From Octopus sinensis (lineage: Eukaryota), in NCBI RefSeq assembly GCF_006345805.1, contig NW_021832920.1, positions 1 through 31,097 of the forward strand: DNA of 31,097 bases. The letters run 5' to 3'. Made by a program: the position numbers and the translations under genes. Shown here piece after piece: positions 20,288 through 31,097 of this stretch. Position 1 is the first letter of the stretch; every line of letters starts with the position of its first letter. The notes beneath the pieces were generated by a model. It ran no database searches and had not been told where the DNA came from. It saw nothing but the letters and a program-made list of their open reading frames with translations.

Positions 20288-20859
20288 GAGGCGCAATGGC
20301 CCAGTGGTTAGGGCAGCGGACTCGCGGTCATAGGATCGCGGTTTCGATTCCCAGACCGGGCGTTGTGAGTGTTTATTGAGCGAAAACACTAAAGCTCCAC
20401 GAGGCTCCGGCAGGGGATGGTGGTGATCCCTGCTGTACTCTTTCACCACAACTTTCTCTCACTACTTCTTGTGGAGGCGCAATCGCCCAGTGGTTAGGGC
20501 AGCGGACTCGCGGTCGTAGGATCGCGGTTTCGATTCCCAGACCGGGCGTTGTGAGTGTTTATTGAGCGAAAACACCTAAAGCTCCACGAGGCTCCGGCAG
20601 GGGATGGTGGTGATCCCTGCTGTACTCTTTCACCACAACTTTCTCTCACTCTTACTTCCTGTTTCTGTTGTACCTGTATTTCAAGGGGGCCGGCCTTGTC
20701 ACTCTCTGTGTCACGCTGAATATCCCCGAGAACTACGTTAAGGGTACACGTGTCTGTGGAGTGCTCAGCCACTTACACGTTAATTTCACGAGCAGGCTGT
20801 TCCGTTGATTCGGATCAACCGGAACCCTCGTCGTCGTAACCAACGGAATGCTTCCATCC
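20288..20859 (+). mobile_element. SINE family A: 5' partial copy (20288-20470) plus full copy (20471-20859) inside one TSD
   Basis: 12-bp direct repeat ATACGGCGTTCA at 20276-20287 and 20860-20871. Confidence 0.9.
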
Positions 20860-21205
20860 ATACGGCGTTCAAATATTATTAAGATCAACCATTCTTGTGC
20901 AAACGTAGTTAAGCCGTTGGAAGTCTTGAAGTGAGATTGGTTGTGTTCCTTGGTCTTACTGCCATGGCTGGTGTCCTCCTAGGCACAAAAGATTCCTGAC
21001 GGCATCTCCTTCCTTTTCTCTCTCTCTTTCTCTGTCTGTCTGTCTGTTTGTCTGTCTCTGTCTCTGTGTTATTGAACCGTTCAAAATGTCTACAAGTACA
21101 GACAATGACCATCAAAAGAAATTAATTAACGGAATTAACCGACATCGTTCAGTGATTGTGTTGCTGTGCAACAAAAAAAAGAGGAAAAGAAAAGACAGAA
21201 AGAAG

Positions 21206-21210
21206 GAAAT

Positions 21211-21251
<41 letters not shown>

Positions 21252-21287
21252 CCACACACACACACCACACACATATATATATATATA

Positions 21288-21326
<39 letters not shown>

Positions 21327-21357
21327 CACACAACCCACACATATACATATATATATA

Positions 21358-21390
<33 letters not shown>

Positions 21391-21557
21391 GACCCACACA
21401 CACACACCCAACACATATTAATATATATATACCACACACACACACCCATATATATATATATATACACACACCACACACACTATATATATATTATACACAC
21501 ACACACACCTATATATATATATACACATACACCACACACACACATATATATATTCAC

Positions 21558-21655
<98 letters not shown>

Positions 21656-21660
21656 CACCA
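21206..21660. repeat. Alternating (CA)n/(TA)n compound array
   Basis: Read directly. Includes three 30-bp units at 21561-21650. Confidence 0.9.
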
Positions 21661-21701
21661 CACACTACAGGGGAGTATCGTTGTTGTTGTTGTTGCTGTT
21701 G

Positions 21702-22059
21702 AGCGAACGGTCTTCGTCCCAGAGCTCGCAAGATGGGAGAAGTCCGAAACGTGGTCCTTTGCTTATTCGTAAGACCCCCGCAGAAGAGAAATCAGGTCAC
21801 CCCCCCCCCCCCCGGCACCGAGAGCATCCAGGTTCAGCGGTTGCGCAGGAAGTCGGGGACAAGAAACAGAAAGAAAGAATAAGAGAAATTTGGGGCCGAA
21901 AGAGTACAACAGGGGTCGCCACCACCCCCTGCCGGAGCCTCGTGGACCTTTTAAGTGTTTTCGCTCAATAAATCCACACAACGCCCAGTCTGAGAATCGA
22001 AACCAACCGCGATCCTCCGCGAGTCCGGTGCCCTAACCATTGGGCCATTGCGCCTCCAC
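21702..22059 (-). mobile_element. SINE family A head with alternative tail 3, inserted in a (CAA)n-like target
   Basis: Family A head on the minus strand with an unrelated 3' half. TGTTGTTGCTGTTG occurs at 21688-21701 and 22060-22073 (14-bp direct repeat). Confidence 0.8.
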
Positions 22060-22194
22060 TGTTGTTGCTGTTGTTTCTGTTTTTGTTTAGCCCTTGGTAA
22101 TCCAAAATCCAGCACGTCCGTTATGATATTAGGGTTGCGTGTCTGCAACTGGCATTATGTGATACAATATCTTTTTTGACTTCATTTCTACAAT

Positions 22195-22486
<292 letters not shown>

Positions 22487-22487
22487 A

Positions 22488-22833
22488 GGGTGCTTGGCTC
22501 AGTGGTTAGAGCGTCGAGCTTACGATCGTGAGGTTGTGAGCTCGAATCCCGGACCGGCTGTGTGTTGTGTCCTTGAGCAAGATACTTTATTTCATGTTGG
22601 CTTTCAGTTCACTCAGCTGTCAAAATGAGTTGTGACATGACAGGTGCCAAGCTGTATCGGCCCCTTTGCCTTTCCTTGGATAACACTGGTGGCCTGGAGA
22701 GGGGAGGCCGGTATTCATGGGCGACTGCTGGTCTTCCATAAACAACCTTGCCCGGACTTGTGTCTAGGAGGGTAACTTTCTAGGTGCAATCCCATGGTCA
22801 GTCATGACCGAAGGGGTCTTTATCCCTTACCCC
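22488..22833 (+). mobile_element. CORE-like SINE family B, near full length
   Basis: Same head and core as 11487-11722, with the tail continuing to GGGGTCTTTATCCCTTACCC. Confidence 0.8.
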
Positions 22834-22875
22834 TTTTTATATATATATGTGTGTGTGTGTGTGGGTGTGTGTGTG

Positions 22876-22928
<53 letters not shown>

Positions 22929-22945
22929 ACATATATATATATATC

Positions 22946-22980
<35 letters not shown>

Positions 22981-23106
22981 CTATATATATAATATCAATG
23001 AAATAATTAGGGAATAAATCCTGTCCGTTATGAATTAGGGTTGCGTGTCTGCAACTTGCATTATGTGATACAATATCTTTTTTTGACTTCATTTCTACAA
23101 TATATT

Positions 23107-23155
<49 letters not shown>

Positions 23156-24019
23156 TATAATGAATATTAGGGAATAAATCCAAACTTACAGGGAAAAAAT
23201 CAGATTTAGGATTGAATCCAATTTTATAGTAAATATTATATTATATAAATTAGAGATAAAACCACTATTAGGCAAATCAAACAATGAAAAACTTAAGCCA
23301 ATACATAAAATTAATTAATACATATATATATATGTATATCATCTTGCTACAGTCAAAAATTGTGAAGCATGACTGTCACCACTACTACATGAACCCGAAG
23401 ATTGCAGAATTCAATGCATGAAAGTACTAGTTCAATCAGAATGAACATTTAACATTCTACTATTTCATTTTATTTTATTCAATTATAATATATTACCTTA
23501 TAATATATCATTATAGATTGTAATAAAACGTGAAAATCAGACAAGGTTGGAATTCCTTTTATTAATATATATATATATAATATATATAATATATATATAT
23601 ATTAGATAGATAGATATAGATATAGATATATAATATATAAATATAAATATATGCATATATACATACATATATATGTATATATACATGCATATATGTGTAC
23701 AGGGCATAAAAAAAAAAACGTTAAACACAATGTGAAACGAATATATAAAAACAAAAACATAGAAACGAACTTTTTTTTCGAACAACGAAAAAAAATACTG
23801 AGAAACGAGACATACAACATAAAGAATATTCCCCTTCTTCAGTTGTCCCTGTTTCATCTACTCCGCGTTCCCGAAGGCACGGACAACATGTCGCATGTCT
23901 CCTTTCTGTTTTTTCGTAGGTATGTACATATATGTATGTATATATGCATATATTTATAATTATTATTATATGCCACGCATCCTATTCCAAGTAAGTTTTA
24001 TATTTATCTACTATCTATC

Positions 24020-24068
<49 letters not shown>

Positions 24069-24104
24069 CCTACCTATCTATCTATCTATCTATCTATCTA
24101 TATA

Positions 24105-24156
<52 letters not shown>

Positions 24157-24220
24157 TGAAAGAAGTAAAAAAAATAATATTTGATATATATATAAATTTT
24201 TTGCGTTGTTTTTTTTACAG

Positions 24221-24592
24221 GTTTCGCCTTAAATCGGTATCGAACCAAAGAGGATATAATGAGACACTTCGACCAATTGCACCAAACGTCCCTCGCACCT
24301 CTTCTAACGGACACCAAAGACAAATCTTTCAGCTTTCAAAGCGGCGGCCGTCCTGGAGCGCGTAAGGTCGCGGTTATTTTCCTAAAAGGAAAACTGAACG
24401 ATCCAAGCGGAGTGGCTGCAAGAGCGAGTGCCCTTCGCAATAGTGGCGTTGAGGTGTTTGTCGTTAACATGGATAACATGAATTCGAGACAGACTTTGGA
24501 AACCATTGCATCACCCGGCAATATTCTGGACGGCGATCGGGGAACGAGCATGGTGCTGTTGAGCAGGCAATTCTCAGACCGGCTTTGTAGAC
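24221..24592 (+). CDS. Exon encoding the C-terminal two-thirds of the degenerate vWA domain
   Basis: Acceptor TTGTTTTTTTTACAG and donor C|GTAAGT, 372 nt, phase 1-1. Translates (G)FALNRYRTKEDI...GGRPGARKVAVIFLKG...ALRNSGVEVFVV...LETIAS...DRLCR. Confidence 0.9.
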
Positions 24593-24678
24593 GTAAGTAA
24601 AGCAGTTCAACGCACACACACACACTAATGCAGTTGCATGTACCCATGCACACACATACGCACACTTGTACTCATATA

Positions 24679-25060
24679 GGAGCACTCCGTCGGTTGCGAC
24701 GATGAGGGTCCCAGCTGATACGATCAACGGAACAGCCTGCTCGTGGAATTAACGTGCAAATGGCTGAGCATTCCACAGACAAGTGCATCCTTAACGTAGT
24801 TCTCGAGGAGATTCAGCATGACACAGAGAGTGACAAGGCTGGCCCTTTGAAATACAGGTACAACAGAAACAGAATGAAAGAGTGAGAGAAAGTTGTGGTG
24901 AAAGAGTACAGCAGGGTTCACCACCACCCCCTGCAGAAGCCTTGTGAAGCTTTAGGTGTTTTCGCTCAATAAACACTCACAATGCCCGGTCTGGGAATCG
25001 AAACCGCGATCCTACGACCGCGAGCCCGCTGCCCTAACCACTGGGCCATTGCGCCTCCAC
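24679..25060 (-). mobile_element. SINE family A (tail 1), full length
   Basis: 12-bp TSD TGTACTCATATA at 24667-24678 and 25061-25072. Confidence 0.92.
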
Positions 25061-25179
25061 TGTACTCATATATAGGGTTGGCCAAAAGTCACCCGGCAGT
25101 GTAAATCAAAATTCCATAAATAACTTAATAATTCAATTTTATTTATTCGTTCTGATCGTGAATAATTGAATGCTGTAAG

Positions 25180-26220
25180 GGCGGCGAACTGGCAGAAGCG
25201 TTAGCACACCGGGCGAAATGCTTACCAGTATTTCGTCAGTGTCGCGCTAAATCTCCTTGAGAACTACGTTAAGGGTGTACATGTCTGTGGAGTACTCAGC
25301 CACTTGCAGGTTAATTTCACGAGTAGGCTGCTCCGTTGATTGGATCAACTGAAACCCTTGTCGTCTGGAAGTGTGTGATTTCATGGTTGTTTGAATTGCA
25401 TTTCTATCCGGTTGAACCGATCTATGAGCAAAGTTACTTCAGCTGACAATAATGTAATGGCTGAAAAAAAAAATGGCTGAAAAGCGGCAAGATGGTAGAA
25501 CCGTTAGCGCATCAGACAGAATACTTAGCGACATTTCTTTCCGGTTCGTTAGGCTCTGAGTTCAAATGCCGCCGGGGTCAACTTTGTCTTTCATCCTTTC
25601 GGAATCAGCAAAATAAGTTGATCTCTGGGATTGATATAATCGACTAGACCCCTTCCTCTACGATTGTTGACCTTGTCCCACAGTTTGAAACCATTTTAAG
25701 GGAGTGAAGACCATTTGATAATACGTCTCTCCTTTTATCATATTTTATAAATCTGTAAGCCTTGTTTCTTCTTTTATGTTGCTCTTTCTAGCATCCCATG
25801 ATGATCCCAGCAAGGGTCGTTTCTTAACTTATGCCCATGAATCAATTGCTAAACTTGGTGGGTGCCTTAAAAAGTGAAACATCCTTCCAATGTTGCTCAT
25901 TGTAAAGGTGGCGAGCTGGCAGAACCGATAACACGCAAGGCAAAATGCCTAGCAGTGTTTTACCTGTCTTTTACGTTATGAGTTCAAATTCCGCCGTGGT
26001 CGACTTTGCCTTTCTTCCTTTCGAGGTCGATGAAATAAGTACCAGTTGAGTATCAGGGCCCGACTTACCCCACCCCCAATATTGCTGGCCTTGTGTCAAA
26101 ATTTGAAACCAATATTTAGACAGTGAGCTGGCAGAACCGTTAGCACGCCTGATGAAATACCTAGCGGCATTTCGTCTGTTTTACGTTGTGTGTTCAAATT
26201 CCGCCAAGCTTGACTTTTTT
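25180..26220 (+). mobile_element. Cluster of diverged SINE family C copies, the first fused to a family A tail
   Basis: Family C heads/bodies at about 25180, 25487, 25907 and 26122. 25240-25365 matches the family A tail (GAGAACTACGTTAAGGGT...GTCGTC). Confidence 0.7.
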
Positions 26221-26667
26221 CCCCAGATGAGAAATCTCAGCTTATGGCGTTTAAACATCACAATATACGTTAAGTATGTAGTATTGACATTTTTATTATT
26301 ATTATAAAGTAGAACTGCTGTTATTACATATTTAGAATTTGTTTTGCTTCAACATAGCTGATTTGATTTCACATTTGAAGTGACATGAATACAAGGCATT
26401 GATAAGCGGCAACTTTGACGAAATACGTATCTGGGCTGATTTCGTTTAGCCCGCCAAAATATTCTGTTTTTTTTTTACGCTACATGTCTTTAAAGGGAGT
26501 TTTCACGGACGAAAAGCTGCTGCTTCTGGTTTTAAAACAACAGAGGTTAAGTTATTTATTATTGTTGTTGTTGTTGTTGAACAATGTAATCGCCGTTAAT
26601 TTTTTAAAACTTAATTTATATTAACTGATTTATAAATTTAATCGAGTCTTACATCTTTTTTTTTCAG

Positions 26668-26672
26668 TTTAA
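26668..26672 (+). CDS. Candidate terminal exon (completes Leu, then TAA) followed by 3' UTR
   Basis: Strong acceptor CTTACATCTTTTTTTTTCAG. The phase-1 join C|TT TAA ends the protein ...DRLCRL*. AATAAA occurs at 27395 and 27621. Confidence 0.45.
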
Positions 26673-26849
26673 AAACCTGGTTCTCCCTCCATGGAACAGC
26701 AGAATTTACCATTTTTTATTTTTTTAATCATTTTTTTTCCAAATTCACGAATGGACACACGTACTATATACGATGAAATACACACACATATATGATACGA
26801 CACTTTTTACATAAATACTATGCGTACAACCAATATACTTATATGTGTG

Positions 26850-26907
26850 CGTGTGTATTCATATATATATATATATATATATATATGTAAGTATATATAT
26901 ATATATA

Positions 26908-26954
<47 letters not shown>

Positions 26955-27030
26955 ATATATATACATATATATATATGTATATATATATATGTATATATAT
27001 ATATACATATATATATTGTGTGTTGGTAAG

Positions 27031-27070
<40 letters not shown>

Positions 27071-27670
27071 CACATAATACATATATATATATAAATATAT
27101 GTTATATACATATATATATATGTAAGTATATATATATATATATCTATATGTATGGTATGTATATATGTGTATATATATATATATATATGTATTATATGTG
27201 TACTATATATATATAATATATATACATATATATTTATGTATATAATAATATATGTATATATATATATATATATGTAAGTATATCTATATATATCTATATA
27301 TATATACACACACACATTTGGGGAAAAGTATGAAAGACTTAAGGTGCACTTTGCATAGTTTGCGAATATTTGCATCCTCTGTAGTGTGTACATAAATAAA
27401 TGATATGTACACACACACGCATACACTTTACACACACACACACACACACACATACATACAGAATCTATAGGCACATATGTAGATACTATCACAGAGAAAT
27501 AGAAGCACATATATTCATATGCGTTCGCAAGCCATTAACCACATATTCCGATACTTTACTTTTTTATATATATATTTTTTTTTACCTTTTTTGCAATTAA
27601 CAACAATTAACTAAAAGTTAAATAAACTACCATTCGAAACTTAAGGCCGTTGTCAAAAAGGAATCTCATT

Positions 27671-27715
<45 letters not shown>

Positions 27716-27717
27716 CA

Positions 27718-27748
<31 letters not shown>

Positions 27749-27932
27749 TATATATATACATACATACATACATATACGCGTGTGTGTGTGTGTATGTATA
27801 TATGTAGCCACATATATATATGTATATATGTATATACGTATATATATATATGTGTGTGTGTATATATATATACATATGTATACACGCGCGTGTATGTGTG
27901 TATATATGTATATATATATATATACGTATCTG

Positions 27933-27964
<32 letters not shown>

Positions 27965-28013
27965 ATATAAAGTGTGTATGTGTATATGTATATAATAAAT
28001 ATGTGTATGCATA

Positions 28014-28045
<32 letters not shown>

Positions 28046-28244
28046 CGTGGTGTGTGTATATATACCAAAGTGTGTATGCATGTGTATATATATGTGTGTG
28101 TGTGTGTATATATACACACATACACACAAACATACGTATATGCATGGATGTGTTTTTACATACATGTGCTCAAATATGCCTGTATGTGTGAAGGTGTGCA
28201 TATATTTACACGTGCATATATTTACACGTGCGCTCACATGCATG

Positions 28245-28285
<41 letters not shown>

Positions 28286-28290
28286 TACTC
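26850..28290. repeat. (TA)n, (CA)n and (TG)n compound tracts separated by short unique segments
   Basis: Read directly from the sequence. Confidence 0.9.
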
Positions 28291-28429
28291 ACGCATACAT
28301 GCCTGCCATAATTGCCTGCCTTACCTAACCACATACATTCATATATATATATGATACTCAGAAAATATTACAAGAGTATTTTATTTTTTTAATGTTGCTG
28401 AAATAAAATGCGAACTCCGATTATTTGAA

Positions 28430-28479
28430 AGACTTTGTTGTTGTTGCTGTTGTTGTTGTTCTTGTCGTTGTTGTTTTTC

Positions 28480-28515
<36 letters not shown>

Positions 28516-28573
28516 CTATCATCATCATCATCATCCTCATCATCTTCATCGTCTTCATCATCATCACCATCAG

Positions 28574-28639
<66 letters not shown>

Positions 28640-28650
28640 TATTATTAAAT
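28430..28650. repeat. (GTT)n-(ATC)n-(ATT)n trinucleotide tract
   Basis: Read directly from the sequence. Confidence 0.95.
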
Positions 28651-28673
28651 ATTATTGTTCTTAGGGTAGCGAA

Positions 28674-29070
28674 GGCGGCGAGCTGGCAGAAACGTTAGCA
28701 CGCCGGGCGAAATGCTTAGCAGTATTTCGTCTGCCGCTACGTTCTGATTTCAAATTCCGCCGAGGTCGACTTTACCTTTTTATCCTTTTGGGGTCGATTA
28801 AATAAGTAACAGTTACGCACTGGGGTCGATATAATCGACTTAATCCGTTTGTCTGTCCTTGTTTGTCTTCTCTGTGTTTAGTCCCTTGTGGGTAAAGAAA
28901 TAGGTATTTCGTCTGTCTTTACATTCTGAGTTCAAATTCCACCGAGGTCGACTTTACCTTTCATCCTTTCGGAATCGATAAATTAAGTACCAGTTGCGCA
29001 CTGGGGTCGATGTAATCGACTATCTCACTTCCACCAAAATTTCGGGCCTTGTGCCTATAATAGAAATGAT
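28674..29070 (+). mobile_element. SINE family C dimer (head plus alpha plus beta)
   Basis: Complete head, then two body units joined at AAAGAAATAG|GTATT, as in the 3032-3763 array. Confidence 0.85.
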
Positions 29071-29079
29071 TGTTATTAA

Positions 29080-29430
29080 GGCGGCAAGCTGGCAGACTGG
29101 TTAGCATACCGGAAGGAGTGCTTAACAGCATTTCGTCCGTCTTTACGTTCTAAGTTCAAATTCAGCCGAGGTCAACTTTGCCTTTCAGCCTTTCGGGGTC
29201 GATAAATTAAGTACCAGTTGCGTACTGGGGTCGATGTAATCGACTTATCCCTTCCCCCAAAATTGCTGCCCTTGTGGCAAAATCTGAAACCATTCATTAA
29301 AAGGCGGCGAGCTGGGAAAATCGACAACTCTCCGAACAAAATGCTTAGTGGTATTTCGTCGGTCTTTACGGCCGAGGTTGACTTAGCCTTGCATCTATCG
29401 GCATCGATAAAATAAGTTCCGGTTGAGCGC
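29080..29430 (+). mobile_element. Two further SINE family C copies in tandem
   Basis: Heads GGCGGCAAGCTGGCAG at 29080 and GGCGGCGAGCTGG at 29303. Confidence 0.75.
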
Positions 29431-29569
29431 TTACATCCAACTGTGCGCAAATAAGAAGTGAAAGATAAAGGCCTTATATTAGCACAAACTGAAGACATAG
29501 AGACGAAGGGAGAGGCTTTCAATAAAAGTGAAGAGAACTCAGGCTGTGAAAATAGAACGATACAGGGAA

Positions 29570-29629
29570 ATGAGAGAGAGGGGAGAGAGAGAGGGGGAGA
29601 GAGAGAGGAGGGAGAGAGAAATGGAAGAG

Positions 29630-29672
<43 letters not shown>

Positions 29673-29822
29673 GAGAGAGAAAAGGAGAGATAAAGAAAGA
29701 GAAAGAGAGAGACAGTTAGAAAGAGAGATGGGGATATGGAGGGAGAGACAGAGAATGTGGGAGAGAGAAAGAGAGGGAGATAGAAAGAGAAAGAAAGAGA
29801 GACAAAGAGAAGGGCAGAGAGA
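29570..29822. repeat. Polypurine (GA/GGA/GAAA) tract
   Basis: Read directly. A similar (GAAA)n tract lies at about 30126-30230. Confidence 0.9.
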
Positions 29823-29829
29823 GACATTT

Positions 29830-30125
29830 ATCTGTCTTTGCAGTCAAAGAATGGTGACTGGGTGATTCTCCCAATGGACCCAGAAGACGGCCATTTCCCC
29901 GCCCCACCACCACCACCACCACAAGCGATAAAGAGACTGCAGGGGTCCAACATCGTGTTCTTTCAAAGGGCGGATTGTGGCTTTGTTTCACCACCATCAC
30001 CATCACCACCACCACCGAAACCGCTGCAATATCACTCTGGTGCAGCCAGCCATAACTTCTTGCATTTCATCAGCTGTCATCGACTCGTCGCAGAACTCCG
30101 CATCCTCAGTCGAGAACCCCGGCAG
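29830..30125 (-). mobile_element. Possible L1/Tx1-like fragment just upstream of the RT domain, heavily degenerate
   Basis: LPGFSTEDAEFCDESMTADEMQEVMAGC resembles the LSxEExxxCExxITxxEvxxAm pattern that precedes KSPGxDG in L1/Tx1 ORF2. Confidence 0.4.
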
Positions 30126-30188
30126 AAAGAGAGAGAAAGAAAGAAAGAAAGAAAGAAAGGGAAAAAGAAAGAAAGAAAGAAAGAAAAA

Positions 30189-30219
<31 letters not shown>

Positions 30220-30405
30220 GGAGAGAGACAGAGATGGTTCCCCACATGGTATTGGAAAACCTAGATCCACAGCCCCGGTCAGGCTACATTCGGCTTTCTC
30301 TAGGGAGCCACACAGAGAAGGGATTTTGATAACCCCGATTGCCTATAGAAAATCTGTCAAGTTAGATGATTCTCGTTCGTTGATGCTTCCCCCCCCCCTG
30401 ATAAC

Positions 30406-30925
30406 ATGGCAGTTCCGTCAGTAGAATCCATAAATGCATGTCGTCTGATTCGCCCTGAAAGCAGAGGTTTCTGTTCAATGAATATTAGGTCACTAACTAT
30501 AGATGTGATAGCCATCAGCGGCACTAGGATTTCCGACACACTTACTATGGCGCCCACACTTGACGACTTCGTGATCTATGCACTCGGAAAGATTGATGGA
30601 GTGGTAGTGTTGTTCCGGAAATATTTAGGTCTCGAATTACAGTCGACGTTCCTGGACCCGTTAAGTCGATGACTCTAAATGGGAACAGCAGCAAGGAATG
30701 TAACTTCAGACTAGTTACTACCTACGTTCAGACAGAGGGCAGGACAGTCATATTTTTTCTGATATCTGGAGGTTTTCCTAAGAACATCTCACTGTTTAGT
30801 CCTACTTGACGATTGGAACTCATCTTGGACGCACGCTTGGATTGTATAGAACTAGGTGATAAGAGACGGAGTCTAAAAGTTTCCCAAAACTGCTCAGGCG
30901 TTTCCAATTGTCTAATTAGTATCAA
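30406..30925 (+). mobile_element. APE endonuclease remnant of an L1/Tx1-like LINE
   Basis: SINACRL...IRSLTIDVIAISGTRI...DGVVVLFRK...FLDP; downstream FRLVTTY...LEVFLRTS..LVLLDDWN (GDxN-like), with frameshifts and stops. Confidence 0.75.
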
Positions 30926-31004
30926 CTAGATTTCCCGTATGTAACAATGTGAACATGAGCAAACAACGACCATGTTCAGATCTTCCATATATGTTTATTT
31001 TTTT

Positions 31005-31097
31005 GTTTGTTCCTTCTCGAGCCATGCCTGACTCATAAGAGACAGGTTTCCCGGTTTTTCTTGGCGTATAGTGTCCCCACCTGGACGGGACGCCGGT
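31005..31097 (-). mobile_element. 3' end of a tail-2 SINE, running off the window
   Basis: Reverse complement of the last ~90 nt of 4268-4563. Confidence 0.8.

Noticed and set aside
23800-23860. CTGAAGAAG on the minus strand as another hammerhead
   Set aside because: No GAAAC follows a stem II, so the catalytic core cannot be completed.
25073-25170. TATAGGGTTGGCCAAAAGTCACC as a transposon terminus
   Set aside because: It resembles a Tc1/mariner end, but no matching second TIR was found.

Overview
This is a repeat-saturated animal genomic window. The tRNA-headed SINE families and extreme microsatellite density point to an octopus-type cephalopod (inferred, not verified). There are no prokaryotic features, and almost every long ORF in the supplied track is a microsatellite artefact. 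The main content is one intron-rich + strand gene that I stitched together from splice sites: candidate exon 8008-8052, exons 12259-12828, 16433-16480, 20034-20201 and 24221-24592, and a candidate terminal exon from 26668. All introns are phase 1. It encodes a probably secreted protein made of a vWA domain with an intact MIDAS site, a Pro/Thr linker and a second vWA domain that has lost MIDAS. The start/signal-peptide exon was not found. The introns and flanks hold five non-autonomous Helitrons, four SINE families with shuffled heads and tails, three R4/Dong-like LINE endonuclease remnants (one amplified into a 6 x 158 bp array), a (TAA)n-flanked retroposed element in two copies, several MITEs, an L1/Tx1-like remnant, Penelope-like remnants with minimal hammerhead-ribozyme-like folds, and template-switch rearrangements at (TA)n tracts. 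All alignments were done by eye, and repeat boundaries are approximate unless a TSD or terminus is quoted.
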